A stretch of DNA of 64,000 bases from an uncultured delta proteobacterium (GTDB lineage: Bacteria; Desulfobacterota; BSN033; UBA1163), in assembly GCA_963827685.1 (NCBI GenBank), contig CAWHBU010000001.1, positions 1 to 64,000 on the forward strand. The letters run 5' to 3'. A program made the position numbers and the translations under genes. A model generated the notes under the pieces. It was given only the letters and a program-made list of their open reading frames with translations. It was not told where the DNA came from and ran no database searches. Shown here one piece after another: positions 1 through 11,189 of this stretch; the stretch's first letter is position 1; every line of letters starts with the position of its first letter.

Positions 1-567
1 CGGAAGGCCTATCATCTCGAAAGCTACATCAAGCCAATTCACTTTAACAATATCGGCATCTTTCTGATGGCCATGACTCTCCTGTGGTTCTATTTCACCT
101 TCGCAGAGAATATCACTATCGTTTATGGGAATGACCCAGTTCACATGGCCATCTTCTGGTCGAAGATATCCGGAAAGTTTGCACCTCTTTTCTGGCTTCA
201 CTTCACCTTGTGTTTCGTCATTCCTTTACCAATTCTTGCCATCAGGAAATACCGAACCATCCGAGGAACGGTCATTGCCTCGATCTCGATCGTTTTGGGA
301 ATGTGGTTGGAACGGTTTGTCATCATCGTTCCCACGTTGACAAGACAGAGAATGCCCATCCAGGGAGCCTATTACATTCCAACCTGGGTAGAGTGGTCCA
401 TTCTCGCAGGCTGCATTTCTCTCTTCATGCTCCTTTATGTCCTCTTCACAAAGGTTTTTCCAATCGTTCCTGTATGGGAGGTCAGAGAAGGTAGAGAGAA
501 GGCCGCCGCCACTGTGGCAGCCAGGATCACAAGTTACATGCCAGAGACTGGAGTTCCCAAAGAATAA
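1..567 (+). CDS. NrfD/polysulfide-reductase family (ActC-like) membrane subunit, 5' truncated
   Basis: Frame open from base 1; hydrophobic; GMWLERFVIIVP and YIPTWVEW...FTKVFPIVPVWE motifs. Confidence 0.8.
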   Translation, partial: RKAYHLESYIKPIHFNNIGIFLMAMTLLWFYFTFAENITIVYGNDPVHMAIFWSKISGKFAPLFWLHFTLCFVIPLPILAIRKYRTIRGTVIASISIVLGMWLERFVIIVPTLTRQRMPIQGAYYIPTWVEWSILAGCISLFMLLYVLFTKVFPIVPVWEVREGREKAAATVAARITSYMPETGVPKE

Positions 568-602
568 TCTCACCAGGTTTCTTAGATGCTCTGGGGAATT
601 CA

Positions 603-1352
603 TTGAAAGTTGGAAAAGTTTACCTCGTCGGAGCAGGCCCCGGAGATCCGGGCTTGATAACTGTCAAAGGGTTGGCCTGTCTCAAGCAGGCGGATGTCGT
701 GGTCTATGACCGGCTTGTGGATGAGAGCATCCTCAACGAAGCCCGTCCTGAGGCAGAAAAGATATACGTGGGAAAGGCGGACAGGTTACATATTCTTGAA
801 CAGGACTCCATCAACCAATTGCTCTTGGAAAAGGCTCGGGAAGGCAAGGTCGTCGTGAGACTAAAGGGTGGTGATCCTTTTGTGCTGGGACGGGGTGGTG
901 AAGAAGCTGGGATTCTGACCAGGCACGGAATTCCGTTTGAAGTCGTGCCCGGAGTGACTTCGGCGTCTGCCGTTCCTGCCTACGCCGGTATTCCCGTCAC
1001 GCATCGTGGGGTTGCTTCTTCCTTTGCTGTCATCACCGGGCACAAGGCTTCTGACAGGGGCGAACCCAGGATCTCCTGGGACAAACTCGCCACCGGAGCG
1101 GACACGCTCGTCATCCTCATGGGGATGCGGAATCTGGCCAAAATTGTTGACCAGCTAATCAAGCACGGCCGATCTCCTTCCACTCCCGTTGCAGTGATTA
1201 CTCATGGAACCACCAACTGTCAACGTTGTGTGATGGGCACGCTCAAAGATATCGTAGCGAAAGTAAAATCAGAAAATCTCCAGCCGCCTTCCGTCGTGGT
1301 CGTGGGTGACGTGGTTCAACTCCGAAAATATTTGCGTTGGTTTGATAAGTGA
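603..1352 (+). CDS. cobA: Uroporphyrinogen-III C-methyltransferase
   Basis: VYLVGAGPGDPGLITVKG, VRLKGGDPFVLGRGGEE; TTG start. Confidence 0.95.
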   Translation: MKVGKVYLVGAGPGDPGLITVKGLACLKQADVVVYDRLVDESILNEARPEAEKIYVGKADRLHILEQDSINQLLLEKAREGKVVVRLKGGDPFVLGRGGEEAGILTRHGIPFEVVPGVTSASAVPAYAGIPVTHRGVASSFAVITGHKASDRGEPRISWDKLATGADTLVILMGMRNLAKIVDQLIKHGRSPSTPVAVITHGTTNCQRCVMGTLKDIVAKVKSENLQPPSVVVVGDVVQLRKYLRWFDK

Positions 1353-1400
1353 AAGTGAATGATCCTGGGTGTAGAAGGGAAGTTTTATAAGGTTCACCCT

Positions 1401-2066
1401 ATGAATAAGAAAAACTCAAAGGCCGTTGTCTACTACCCGATTTTCATCAAGATCAAAGGTAAAAGATGTATTGTCCTCGGAGGAGGTGAGGTAGCTCTTC
1501 GAAAGGTCAAAATGCTTTTAGAGTGTGAGGCAGATGTTACCACGATCAGTCCAGAGTTTCATCGAGAAATATCCAGGTTATCCAAAGAGAAAGAGATTCA
1601 CTTAATCCAGCGGGAGTATAAACCAGGAGACCTAAAGGATGCGATGATTGCCATTGTATGTACGGATGTGAAAAAGGTCAATCGAAAAGTAGTTGACGAA
1701 GCAAAAAAGGCGGGGGTTTTGGTCAATGTGGCAGACGATCCAGAATTATCGGACTTTATAATCCCTTCTTTTTTCCGGCGAGGGAACTTAACAGTTGCTG
1801 TTTCCACAGCCGGGGTAAGTCCAGCCCTTGCTAAAAAAATCCGGACAAAACTAGAAAAAGACTTCGGGGAGGAATATGCCTCGTTATTATCTCTCATTGG
1901 AGAAGTCCGATCAAGAATGAAGAGGAAAGGATATATTGTGGATGGAGAGACCTGGCAGGATGCACTTGATTTAGGTCCCCTGATGAGACTTGTGAAAGCA
2001 GGTAAGTGGGAGAAGGCAAAAACTTTCTTGGTTAATAAATTAAGAGTCAATCAGGGGGAGCAATAA
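1401..2066 (+). CDS. Precorrin-2 dehydrogenase/sirohydrochlorin ferrochelatase (CysG N-terminal/SirC type)
   Basis: YPIF...VLGGGEVALRK, VNVADDPELSDF, AVSTAGVSPALA; start 1401 or 1359. Confidence 0.9.
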   Translation: MNKKNSKAVVYYPIFIKIKGKRCIVLGGGEVALRKVKMLLECEADVTTISPEFHREISRLSKEKEIHLIQREYKPGDLKDAMIAIVCTDVKKVNRKVVDEAKKAGVLVNVADDPELSDFIIPSFFRRGNLTVAVSTAGVSPALAKKIRTKLEKDFGEEYASLLSLIGEVRSRMKRKGYIVDGETWQDALDLGPLMRLVKAGKWEKAKTFLVNKLRVNQGEQ

Positions 2067-2296
2067 ATCCAAGAGTCAACTTCTCGTAACCCAGAGGATC
2101 AAGAAGCTATTTTGAATTGAGTTGTTCTGCGGAATTGGATTTCTATTTTGAGCTCGTTTGAAACTATCTATGATTTCAGATAGTTATGTAAAGATGGTAA
2201 ACCATTTTTACTTTCATCTGCTTTTAGAAATCCTGCTTTATATGTAAAACTTCTATTTCTTTCCCGCCCTTTTACGGAAGTTTATTATTTTTACTC

Positions 2297-2358
2297 AAAA
2301 ACAACAAAAAGACAACAAAAAAAGACAACAAAAGACAACACAAAAGACAACAAAAATG
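2297..2358. repeat. Degenerate tandem (A)AAAGACAAC repeats, about 5 units
   Basis: acaacaaaaa gacaacaaaa aaagacaaca aaagacaaca caaaagacaa caaaaatg. Confidence 0.85.
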
Positions 2359-3897
2359 TGTTTAAGCGAAGTCAATATGTCCCCTTAACTGCAACGTGAA
2401 AATGTCCCCTCCAAGGGTTTTGATCTTGACCCTTGAGTGAGTGGATGAACTTCAATTTGAGTTTCTTTTTTTTAAGTGAGCTCTCATAAGAGATCCCTAT
2501 TAATGGGCAACAAGCGAAATGTGAATCGCCAGGTTGCGCTACAATCAACGATGTTCGATGAGCAGGGGGTAAGGGTCACCTTCCCTGGAGGGTGCTGAAG
2601 CGAGATAGACCCAGTGGTAATCTTTAACTCCTTTTGCATGGTGTTTCTTTCGGGGAAGAGCTCTCACCGGTTCCCGGAGGGAAGTAGGAGGATGTTTCGC
2701 AATCAACTGATCTTGAGCGTAGATTCTCCAAGATCCGTTGAGAAGCTGCCGAGCTTCCACCTTGAGCTTCGCATAGGATCTTCTTTGAGGGCCAGGGGGA
2801 ATATCGAGAACCAATCCTCCCAGCCGAGCCGTATTATCGTTGCCGACCGTAGCCGTATAGCGAAAGCTGATGATTCGATCCAGGTCCAGATGGTTTGGGA
2901 CTTCTCTCCAGGCTTTTTGGGATTCTCTGGGTCTGACGGCAAAGCGACGGTTAAAGTCTTTTAAAAAGGTTGATTGTAAAAAGCGATTGGCCTCTTCCAT
3001 CGTTACAATTTCTTTTAAACGGAGTTCTGCTCCCAGACGATCCTGCAGGGTGGCAAAGAGTTTTTCTATCCTTCCTTTGGCCTGAGGAGAAAGAGCCGAG
3101 ATCGGCTCAATCCCCAAGGCTTCGAGAGCTAATCCGACTTGAGTCGGTTCCTGTCGGCCAGCGAGTTGCTCTTCCAAGCTCCAGTGAGGGTCATTCCGAT
3201 GCAACGACCCGTGGCGATCCTGATAGATCATCATTGGGATTCCATATTTTTTAATCATCTCTTTAAGAAGCCAGAAATAGCCTGCGGAACCTTCAAAGGG
3301 AAAGAAACGGGCGGCCAGCAGTTTCCCGGTCGCATCATCGATGGCAGCCATCAGACAGCAAGGTGGAAGGTCTCGGCCAAACCAGGGGTGGGGACTCCCA
3401 TCCCAGAGGACCATCCATCCTTCTTGAGCCATTCGCTCCCGTCGCTTTCGATGCTTAGGTCCCCGACGCCTGCGCTTGGGTGCCATCCCCGCCTCCCGCC
3501 GTAACTTCCTCACCGTCTCTCGATTCAAATCGATCCCTTCGCACTCCCGAAGTTTCTCCGTAAAATGGGTATCGTTAAAGTCCCAGTAAACCTCTTCCGA
3601 CAGCTTTAATACCCTTTCTCGTAAGGACTCCTTGAGCCGGTGGTTCGAAGGTCGTCCCCTGTTACCATGCACCAAGGCTTTGATCCCTCTCTCCCGGATC
3701 GCTTGCCCAATCCGCTTCGCCTGACGGTAGGACACACCTATCCTCTCTCCAGCCTCCCTCAAGGTGATCTTCCCTACCTTTACGATCTCCATCAGATGCC
3801 ACCTCTTTAACTCCCTCTGCCCCATGAGTATCTTCTCCTGTTCCATGGGGACATTTTAACTTAAGCAGTTAATGGGGACATTTCTACTTTGCTAACA
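2359..3897 (-). mobile_element. IS1202-family (ISNCY/IS481-like) insertion sequence with 18-bp target-site duplication
   Basis: TGT...ACA termini; imperfect IRs each with two ATGTCCCC boxes; CAAAAGACAACAAAAATG at 2341-2358 and 3898-3915. Confidence 0.88.
2545..3846 (-). CDS. DDE transposase (IS1202/ISNCY type)
   Basis: HGNRGR, WDGSPHPW, IDDATG, YQDRH, SPQAKGRIEKLFATLQDRL. Confidence 0.93.
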   Translation of the reverse strand: MEQEKILMGQRELKRWHLMEIVKVGKITLREAGERIGVSYRQAKRIGQAIRERGIKALVHGNRGRPSNHRLKESLRERVLKLSEEVYWDFNDTHFTEKLRECEGIDLNRETVRKLRREAGMAPKRRRRGPKHRKRRERMAQEGWMVLWDGSPHPWFGRDLPPCCLMAAIDDATGKLLAARFFPFEGSAGYFWLLKEMIKKYGIPMMIYQDRHGSLHRNDPHWSLEEQLAGRQEPTQVGLALEALGIEPISALSPQAKGRIEKLFATLQDRLGAELRLKEIVTMEEANRFLQSTFLKDFNRRFAVRPRESQKAWREVPNHLDLDRIISFRYTATVGNDNTARLGGLVLDIPPGPQRRSYAKLKVEARQLLNGSWRIYAQDQLIAKHPPTSLREPVRALPRKKHHAKGVKDYHWVYLASAPSREGDPYPLLIEHR

Positions 3898-3915
3898 CAA
3901 AAGACAACAAAAATG

Positions 3916-3948
3916 TTGACAAATAGAAAAAAATCTGATAAATATATT
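3916..3948 (+). promoter_or_regulatory. Probable sigma70 promoter of the str operon
   Basis: Perfect TTGACA at 3916-3921 followed by an AT-rich, imperfect -10 region, about 110 bp upstream of rpsL. Confidence 0.5.
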
Positions 3949-4032
3949 AAGTTTTTTGCTTAAATTTCTCCATGAATTTTTTTAACTTTTAACCTATTGA
4001 AATGATTAATTTTTGGTTAAACGAGGTAAGTA

Positions 4033-4404
4033 ATGCCTACAATTAGTCAACTGGTTCGAGAAGGGAGGAAAGGCGTCAAAAGTAAGACTTCTGCCCCCGC
4101 TCTTACGGGATCCCCTCAAAAAAGGGGGGTTTGTATTCGAGTCTATACAACCACTCCCAAGAAACCTAATTCCGCTCTTCGAAAAGTTGCTCGAGTGAGA
4201 TTGACCAATGGAATCGAGGTGACCACTTATATTCCAGGGATTGGCCATAACCTCCAGGAACACTCCGTTGTTCTCATTCGAGGAGGTAGGGTGAAAGACC
4301 TTCCAGGAGTTCGGTATCATATCATTCGTGGCACCTTAGACTCCGTAGGCGTCCAGGACCGTAAACAGAGCCGCTCCAAATACGGAGCCAAAAAACCCAA
4401 ATAA
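4033..4404 (+). CDS. rpsL: 30S ribosomal protein S12
   Basis: [31 protein letters not shown]. Confidence 0.99.
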   Translation: MPTISQLVREGRKGVKSKTSAPALTGSPQKRGVCIRVYTTTPKKPNSALRKVARVRLTNGIEVTTYIPGIGHNLQEHSVVLIRGGRVKDLPGVRYHIIRGTLDSVGVQDRKQSRSKYGAKKPK

Positions 4405-4452
4405 TCCAACTTCTCTTCCAAAACCGTTGATGAAAAGGAAGAAGGAGTCTTT

Positions 4453-4923
4453 ATGCCCAGAAAAAGAGAAGTCAAGAAAAGGGAAATATTGCCTGACCCA
4501 AAATATCACGATACGATGACCGCCAAATTCATAAACGGGGTCATGCGTCGTGGAAAGAAGAGTTCGGCAGAGGGGATTTTTTATAGCGCCCTTGATATCA
4601 TCAAAGATAAAACTCATTCAGACCCGGTTAAAATTTTTAATCAGGCGATGAATAATGTGAAACCCCTTATTGAGGTGAGACCGAGGAGAGTCGGAGGGGC
4701 CACTTATCAAGTTCCGGTAGAAGTGAGACCGGAAAGGAAAGTCGCTTTGGCCATTCGTTGGATCATTGGTTTTGCGAAACAGCGGTCCGAAAAGACGATG
4801 GAAGAAAAGCTTTCAGCGGAACTGATCGATGCAGCCAATAACCGGGGAGCTGCCATCAAAAAGAAAGAAGATACACATAAAATGGCCGAGGCCAACAAAG
4901 CCTTCGCCCATTACCGTTGGTAA
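4453..4923 (+). CDS. rpsG: 30S ribosomal protein S7
   Basis: [24 protein letters not shown]. Confidence 0.99.
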   Translation: MPRKREVKKREILPDPKYHDTMTAKFINGVMRRGKKSSAEGIFYSALDIIKDKTHSDPVKIFNQAMNNVKPLIEVRPRRVGGATYQVPVEVRPERKVALAIRWIIGFAKQRSEKTMEEKLSAELIDAANNRGAAIKKKEDTHKMAEANKAFAHYRW

Positions 4924-4940
4924 AAGAAAGAGGTCTTTTT

Positions 4941-7022
4941 GTGTCAAACATAGTAGCAAAGGAAAGAACACGTAACATTGGCATCATGGCTCACATTGAC
5001 GCCGGGAAGACGACGACGACAGAGCGGATTCTCTATTATACGGGTGTCACCCACAGGATCGGAGAGGTGGATGAAGGTTCTGCCACCATGGACTGGATGG
5101 AGCAAGAAAAGGAGAGAGGGATTACCATCACCTCTGCAGCCACCACCTGCTTCTGGAAAGATCACCGGATCAATATCATCGATACTCCTGGCCACGTCGA
5201 TTTCACGATAGAGGTCGAACGATCCCTTCGGGTTCTCGATGGAGCGGTTGCGGTCTTCTGTTCCGTCGGAGGGGTAGAACCTCAATCTGAAACGGTGTGG
5301 AGGCAGGCGGATAAGTATCAGATCCCAAGGATTGCCTTTATCAATAAAATGGACCGAACGGGTGCAGACTTTGAGAGATGCCTCAAGATGATGGGGGATC
5401 GCTTAAAAACCGTTCCTATCCCGATTCAACTCCCCATTGGAAAGGAAGAGGATTTTCAGGGTGTTATTGATCTCATCACCATGAAGGCCATTGTGTATGA
5501 CCCCCACAGCCTCGGTGCTCATTTCGAAATCTTGGATGTCCCAGGTCCTTATTTAAAGGAAGCCTCTAAACAACGGGGAGCCTTGATCGAGCGATTGGCC
5601 GAGTGGGATGAATCCTTGATGGAAAAATTTGTCGAAGGTAAGGAAGTTTCGGAATTGGAATTGAAAAGGGCGGTCAGAGAAGTGACCCTCCAATTAAAAG
5701 GAACTCCTGTGCTTTGTGGTGCCGCCTTCCGAAATAAAGGAGTTCAACCACTTCTCGATGCCATCATTGACTATCTCCCCTCCCCCTTAGATATCCCGCC
5801 TGTGAAAGGGGTAGACCTTAAAGGCCAAGAACTCACATTCTCTGCCAACAATGGGCACCCCCTTTCAGCATTAGCCTTCAAGATTATGAATGATCCTTAC
5901 ACAGGGCAACTGACATTCTTCCGGATCTATTCTGGATCGCTCAAGTCCGGGGATTCCGTCTTCAATCCCACCAAGGGAAAACGAGAACGCATTGGACGCC
6001 TGGTCAAAATGCATGCTAACAAACGGGAGGAGATTCATGAAGTCTCGGCGGGTGATATCTTTGCTGCCGTTGGCCTCAAATATACGAGAACAGGGGACAC
6101 AATTTGCAGTGAAAAGCAACCGATCATTCTTGAATCGATAAATTTTCCAGAGCCGGTGATCTCCATCGCGATTGAACCGAAGACGAAGGGAGATCTTGAA
6201 AAGCTGGGGGCCTCCCTCCAAAAATTAATTTTGGAGGATCCTTCATTCAAAGTGAAGACCGATGAAGAAACAGGACAAACGATACTTTCTGGCATGGGTG
6301 AACTTCATCTGGAGATCATTGTCGATCGACTCTTAAGGGAGTTCAATGTGGAGGCCAACGTGGGAGAACCCCAAGTGGCCTACCGGGAAACCATTATCAA
6401 AACGATCAAATCTGAAGGGCGATTCGTTCGTCAGTCAGGCGGAAGGGGACAGTATGGTCATGTCTGGTTGACCCTCGAACCCCAGGTGTCAGGCAAAGGC
6501 TTTGAATTTGTCAATCGGATCGTGGGAGGTGCCATCCCTCGAGAATATATTCCTGCTGTCGAAAAGGGTGTAACGGAAGCCATGGAGAGAGGAGTGCTTG
6601 CAGGCTACCCCATGGTGGATATCAAAGTGACCTTAATCGATGGCTCGTACCATGAAGTTGACTCCTCTGAAATGGCTTTTAAGATTGCCGGTTCTTTGGG
6701 TTTCAAGGAAGGGGCGCGTCAAGCCAACCCCATTCTTCTCGAACCATTGATGGCCATCGAGATTATTACTCCAGAGGAGTTTATGGGCCAGGTCGTCAGT
6801 AACCTGACCGCCAGGAGAGGAAAAACAACAAAAGTGGAATATCGTGGGGGAACCAATGTGATTGTTGGGGAAGCTCCCCTGGCTAATATGTTCGGATATG
6901 CAACCGACCTTCGGTCCCTCACTCAGGGAAGGGCAACATTTACCCTGCAATTTTCTCATTATAGTCCGGTGCCATCCTCTGTGAGTGAGGAGATCCTTTC
7001 TCAATTAAAAAGGGCCGTTTAA
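4941..7022 (+). CDS. fusA: Elongation factor G
   Basis: [21 protein letters not shown]; probable GTG start at 4941. Confidence 0.98.
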   Translation: MSNIVAKERTRNIGIMAHIDAGKTTTTERILYYTGVTHRIGEVDEGSATMDWMEQEKERGITITSAATTCFWKDHRINIIDTPGHVDFTIEVERSLRVLDGAVAVFCSVGGVEPQSETVWRQADKYQIPRIAFINKMDRTGADFERCLKMMGDRLKTVPIPIQLPIGKEEDFQGVIDLITMKAIVYDPHSLGAHFEILDVPGPYLKEASKQRGALIERLAEWDESLMEKFVEGKEVSELELKRAVREVTLQLKGTPVLCGAAFRNKGVQPLLDAIIDYLPSPLDIPPVKGVDLKGQELTFSANNGHPLSALAFKIMNDPYTGQLTFFRIYSGSLKSGDSVFNPTKGKRERIGRLVKMHANKREEIHEVSAGDIFAAVGLKYTRTGDTICSEKQPIILESINFPEPVISIAIEPKTKGDLEKLGASLQKLILEDPSFKVKTDEETGQTILSGMGELHLEIIVDRLLREFNVEANVGEPQVAYRETIIKTIKSEGRFVRQSGGRGQYGHVWLTLEPQVSGKGFEFVNRIVGGAIPREYIPAVEKGVTEAMERGVLAGYPMVDIKVTLIDGSYHEVDSSEMAFKIAGSLGFKEGARQANPILLEPLMAIEIITPEEFMGQVVSNLTARRGKTTKVEYRGGTNVIVGEAPLANMFGYATDLRSLTQGRATFTLQFSHYSPVPSSVSEEILSQLKRAV

Positions 7023-7055
7023 GTGTACCCTTAAACCTAAAGGAGGGTTTGAGCC

Positions 7056-8255
7056 ATGTCGAAGCCGAAATTTGAGAGGACGAAGCCGCATGTCAATGTG
7101 GGGACGATCGGTCATGTGGATCATGGGAAGACGACGTTGACCTCAGCGATCACGAAGGTATTGGCGACGAAGCATTTGGCCTCCTATATGGCGTTTGATC
7201 AGATTGATAAGGCGCCGGAGGAGAAGGAGCGTGGGTTGACGATAGCGATTGCGCATGTGGAGTATGAGACGGCGAAGCGTCATTATGCGCACATTGATTG
7301 TCCGGGGCATGCGGATTATATCAAGAATATGATCACGGGGGCGGCGCAGATGGATGGGACGATCTTGGTGGTGTCGGCGGCGGATGGGCCGATGCCGCAG
7401 ACGCGGGAGCATGTGTTGTTGGCCAAGCAGGTGCGAGTGCCTTACATCGTGGTGTTTTTGAACAAGGTGGACATGGTGGAAGATCCGGAGTTATTGGATT
7501 TGGTGGAGTTGGAGGTGAGGGAGTTACTATCGGGGTATGATTTTCCTGGGGAGTCGACGCCGGTGATACGGGGCAGTGCCTTGAAGGCTCTGGAGTGTGG
7601 TTGTGGGAAGCCGGATTGTCAGTGGTGTAGTGGGATTTGGAAGCTGATGGATGCAGTGGACACGTATATCCCGGAGCCGGTTCGGGATATTGACAAGCCG
7701 TTTTTGATGCCGATAGAGGATGTGTTTAGCATCTCGGGTCGGGGGACGGTGGTGACGGGGAGGGTAGAGCGAGGGGTGATCAAGGTGGGTGATGAGGTGG
7801 AGGTGGTAGGGATACGGCCGACGATGAAGACGGTGTGTACGGGGGTGGAGATGTTTCGTAAGACGTTGGATCAGGGTCAGGCGGGGGATAACATCGGGGC
7901 GTTGCTTCGAGGGGTGAAGCGTGAGGAGGTGGAGCGAGGTCAGGTGGTGGCCAAGCCTGGGTCGATCACACCGCATCGGAAGTTTAAGGCGGAGGCGTAT
8001 ATCTTGACGAAGGAGGAGGGGGGTCGGCATACGCCGTTTTTTAATGGATATCGGCCGCAGTTTTATTTTCGGACGACGGATGTGACGGGGGTGGCGGCAT
8101 TGCCGGAGGGGGTGGAGATGGTGATGCCAGGGGACAATGTGGCGTTGACGGTGGAGTTGATCACGCCGATCGCGATGGAGAAGGAGTTGCGGTTTGCGAT
8201 TCGGGAGGGGGGTCGTACCGTGGGGGCAGGCGTCATCAGTGATGTCCTCGAATAA
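7056..8255 (+). CDS. tuf: Elongation factor Tu
   Basis: [30 protein letters not shown]. Confidence 0.99.
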   Translation: MSKPKFERTKPHVNVGTIGHVDHGKTTLTSAITKVLATKHLASYMAFDQIDKAPEEKERGLTIAIAHVEYETAKRHYAHIDCPGHADYIKNMITGAAQMDGTILVVSAADGPMPQTREHVLLAKQVRVPYIVVFLNKVDMVEDPELLDLVELEVRELLSGYDFPGESTPVIRGSALKALECGCGKPDCQWCSGIWKLMDAVDTYIPEPVRDIDKPFLMPIEDVFSISGRGTVVTGRVERGVIKVGDEVEVVGIRPTMKTVCTGVEMFRKTLDQGQAGDNIGALLRGVKREEVERGQVVAKPGSITPHRKFKAEAYILTKEEGGRHTPFFNGYRPQFYFRTTDVTGVAALPEGVEMVMPGDNVALTVELITPIAMEKELRFAIREGGRTVGAGVISDVLE

Positions 8256-8271
8256 CGGAGAGGGGCTCGAC

Positions 8272-8580
8272 ATGACAACTCAGAAGATCAGAGTCTGTTT
8301 AAAATCTTATGACCATAGACTTCTGGACAAATCGACTGCCGAGATCGTCGATACGGTTCGTCGAACAGGAGCCAGTATAGCAGGGCCTATCCCTCTTCCA
8401 ACAAGGATCAATAAATATTGCGTACTGAGATCTCCCCATGTGGATAAGAAATCGAGAGAGCAGTTCGAAATTCGAACCCATAAGCGGGTACTGGATATTT
8501 TAGAGCCAACGCAACAAACGGTCGATGCACTGATGAAACTGGATCTTGCAGCCGGAATCGACGTAGAGATCAAGCTATAA
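8272..8580 (+). CDS. rpsJ: 30S ribosomal protein S10
   Basis: GPIPLPT...[14 protein letters not shown]. Confidence 0.98.
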   Translation: MTTQKIRVCLKSYDHRLLDKSTAEIVDTVRRTGASIAGPIPLPTRINKYCVLRSPHVDKKSREQFEIRTHKRVLDILEPTQQTVDALMKLDLAAGIDVEIKL

Positions 8581-8615
8581 TCCCCCACCCTCCTTTAAAT
8601 AAAGGGGACGGGGGA
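8581..8615. repeat. C-run/G-run REP-like hairpin
   Basis: tcccccaccctcctttaaataaaggggacggggga; related to 30331-30372. Confidence 0.6.
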
Positions 8616-8631
8616 TCGGGGACAGTGAAGG

Positions 8632-9294
8632 ATGAAAAGAACCTTAGGAATCATTGGGAGAAAACTGGGGATGACTCAAGTTTTTCTCGAAGACGGCTCG
8701 ATGGTACCCGTCACTGTTGTCGAGGTCGGCCCTTGCTCAGTGATTCAGAAGAAGACAAAAGAAAAGGATGGCTATAACGCCCTCCAACTCGGTTTCCTTC
8801 CAAAGAATAGCCAGAGGGTAAATAAACCGCTCTCCGGGCATTTTAAGAAAGCAGGAACTGGGGCTTTTTATGCTATCAAAGAATTCCGTGTAGAGGATTT
8901 AGGAAGGTACGAGTTAGGTCAGGAAGTAAACGTGAATCTTTTTAAGGCTGGAGACGTGGTGGATGTCACTGGCCTCAGCAAGGGGAAAGGATTTGCAGGG
9001 GTAATCAAACGCCATGGATTTCACGGGTCCCCCGGGTCTCACGGAACTCATGAGTATTTTCGTCACGGAGGCTCCGTCGGTTCTGCCACTTTTCCTCATC
9101 ATACCTTTAAGGGTATGAAGATGCCCGGGCAACATGGGAATCGGAAGGTGACTCTTCAAAATATCAAAGTTGTGGATGTCAAAGAGGATCGGAACCTCCT
9201 CCTTCTTAAAGGAGGAATTCCAGGAAGCCCAACGGGATGGGTCCTTATTCGAAGTGCTACCAAAACGAAAGGTTCTGCTGCCCCATCGGTTTAA
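8632..9294 (+). CDS. rplC: 50S ribosomal protein L3
   Basis: GRKLGMTQVF, SKGKGFAGVIKRH. Confidence 0.98.
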   Translation: MKRTLGIIGRKLGMTQVFLEDGSMVPVTVVEVGPCSVIQKKTKEKDGYNALQLGFLPKNSQRVNKPLSGHFKKAGTGAFYAIKEFRVEDLGRYELGQEVNVNLFKAGDVVDVTGLSKGKGFAGVIKRHGFHGSPGSHGTHEYFRHGGSVGSATFPHHTFKGMKMPGQHGNRKVTLQNIKVVDVKEDRNLLLLKGGIPGSPTGWVLIRSATKTKGSAAPSV

Positions 9295-9307
9295 GAAAGG
9301 GAACGCG

Positions 9308-9931
9308 ATGACCACGTCAGCCGTCTATGATACTGGAAATCAGAAAGTGAGCGATATCGAATTGGATGACCGAATCTTCGGCGCCAAGATCAATCCTACG
9401 CTTTTCTACGATGTCGTCCGAAGGGATATGGCTTCCCAGAGAAAGGGAACGGCCTCCACAAAAAATACGGCCCTGGTCCGAGGAGGGGGCGCAAAGCCCT
9501 GGAGACAAAAAGGGACCGGAAGGGCCCGAGCGGGATCCCGGAGATCTCCTCTTTGGAGAGGCGGAGGGACTATCTTCGGTCCCATGCCAAGAGATTATTC
9601 CTTCTCTCTTCCCAAAAAAGTAAAGAGAGCCTCTCTCAGGGCCGCGCTCAGCCTAAAGTGTCAGGAGGGAAAACTGATCCTTCTGAACGATTTTCCACTG
9701 GAAGGATTTAAGACCCGCCGGGTTCTTGAAGTACTGAGAAGATTTCAGGTTGAGGACGCCCTCATTGTCACGGATGAGAAACACCTTCATTTAGAAAGAT
9801 CCGCTCGAAATATCCCTGGGATTGAGGTCCTCCGTTGCGAAAGCTTAAATGTCTACGACATCTTAAATCATGAACATCTGATTTTACTCCGTCCAACGGT
9901 TGAAAAGATTGAAGGGGCACTCGCATCATGA
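9308..9931 (+). CDS. rplD: 50S ribosomal protein L4
   Basis: KPWRQKGTGRARAGSRRSPLWRGGG. Confidence 0.98.
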   Translation: MTTSAVYDTGNQKVSDIELDDRIFGAKINPTLFYDVVRRDMASQRKGTASTKNTALVRGGGAKPWRQKGTGRARAGSRRSPLWRGGGTIFGPMPRDYSFSLPKKVKRASLRAALSLKCQEGKLILLNDFPLEGFKTRRVLEVLRRFQVEDALIVTDEKHLHLERSARNIPGIEVLRCESLNVYDILNHEHLILLRPTVEKIEGALAS

Positions 9932-10218
9932 AGGACACGCAGAGAGTCATCCGAAGACCTATGGTGACTGAAAAAAGCACCCGGCAAAAAGAGGAAAGCC
10001 GACAATACGTTTTCGAAGTTCACCGGGATGCCAATAAGATTGAGATCCAGTCAGCCGTTGAACGCCTCTTTAAGGTAAAGGTCCTCCAGGTAAGAACCTC
10101 CAACGTACTGGGCAAGGTAAAACGTCTGGGAAAAAGATACGGCAAGAGACCTGACTGGAAAAAGGCAATCGTCACCCTAAGAGAAGGGGATCGTATCGAT
10201 TTCTTCGAAGGAGCGTAA
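9928..10218 (+). CDS. rplW: 50S ribosomal protein L23
   Basis: [15 protein letters not shown]; operon position. Confidence 0.98.
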   Translation: MKDTQRVIRRPMVTEKSTRQKEESRQYVFEVHRDANKIEIQSAVERLFKVKVLQVRTSNVLGKVKRLGKRYGKRPDWKKAIVTLREGDRIDFFEGA

Positions 10219-10224
10219 TTTGGA

Positions 10225-10359
10225 AATTCGAAATCCCAAGCACCAAATTCCAAACAAGTACCAACGTTCAAAATACAAAATCTCCAAACGAAAAAGTTTT
10301 GAATTTGCATATTGGAATTTGGAAATTATTTGGGATTTGGGATTTGGATATTGGGATTT
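10225..10359 (+). repeat. Heptamer-periodic imperfect inverted repeat (CCAAATT/ATTTGGG family), copy 1
   Basis: C/A-rich left arm aaatcccaagcaccaaattccaaa; G/T-rich right arm atttgggatttgggatttggatattgggattt. Confidence 0.85.
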
Positions 10360-10373
10360 ATAGGAGTGAAGTG

Positions 10374-11189
10374 ATGGCTATTAAGAAATTCAGACCCACC
10401 TCTCCTGGAAAGCGGTTTCAGACCATCTCCGAGTTTGAGGAGATCACCTCGATGACACCGGAAAGAAGTCTTCTTCGTCCTTTGAAAAAGACGGGGGGAA
10501 GAAACTGTTATGGAAGGATTACCGCCTGGCACCGAGGAGGAAGGCATAAACGAAAATATCGAGCGATTGACTTCAAACGTGACAAACGGGAGATCCCGGC
10601 GAAAGTCGCCTCCATCGAATACGATCCAAATCGATCGGCTCGGATTGCCTTGCTTCATTATACCGACGGGGAGAAACGATATATCCTTGCTCCTTCCCAA
10701 CTGAGGGTTGGAGAGCAGGTGATCGCAAGCACGACAGCAGATATTAAACCTGGGAACGCCTTGCCCCTTAGAAACATCCCAACAGGCACACTGATTCACA
10801 ATATCGAGTTGAAAGTGGGAAAAGGAGGTCAGATCATTCGAAGCGCCGGAGGCTCGGGCCAATTGATGGCGAAGGAAGGAAAGTATGCCCATGTCAAACT
10901 CCCCTCGGGCGAAGTCCGGTTGATCCTTCAGAACTGTTATGCCACCATTGGCCAGGTGAGCAACCTCGAACATGAAAACATCTCCTTGGGAAAAGCGGGT
11001 AGAAATCGCTGGATGGGGTGGAGGCCGACTGTCCGCGGAGTGGCGATGAATCCCATTGACCATCCTTTAGGCGGCGGTGAGGGAAAGAGTTCCGGAGGCC
11101 GGCATCCCTGTACGCCATGGGGAGTGCCGGAGAAGAAGACTCGAAAGAACAAAACGACTGATAAATATATTTTGAAGAGGAGAGATTGA
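10374..11189 (+). CDS. rplB: 50S ribosomal protein L2
   Basis: [32 protein letters not shown]. Confidence 0.98.
   Translation: MAIKKFRPTSPGKRFQTISEFEEITSMTPERSLLRPLKKTGGRNCYGRITAWHRGGRHKRKYRAIDFKRDKREIPAKVASIEYDPNRSARIALLHYTDGEKRYILAPSQLRVGEQVIASTTADIKPGNALPLRNIPTGTLIHNIELKVGKGGQIIRSAGGSGQLMAKEGKYAHVKLPSGEVRLILQNCYATIGQVSNLEHENISLGKAGRNRWMGWRPTVRGVAMNPIDHPLGGGEGKSSGGRHPCTPWGVPEKKTRKNKTTDKYILKRRD

Noticed and set aside
2297-2358. Short repeats as a CRISPR array
   Set aside because: Units are about 10 bp with no unique spacers and no cas genes.
7143-8278. Long His/Pro/Arg-rich antisense ORFs over tuf
   Set aside because: Shadow ORFs produced by the codon skew of tuf.
10299-10373. N-terminal extensions of rplB and rplF in the ORF track
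   Set aside because: They are translations of hairpin repeat arms; RBS-supported starts lie at 10374 and 15710.
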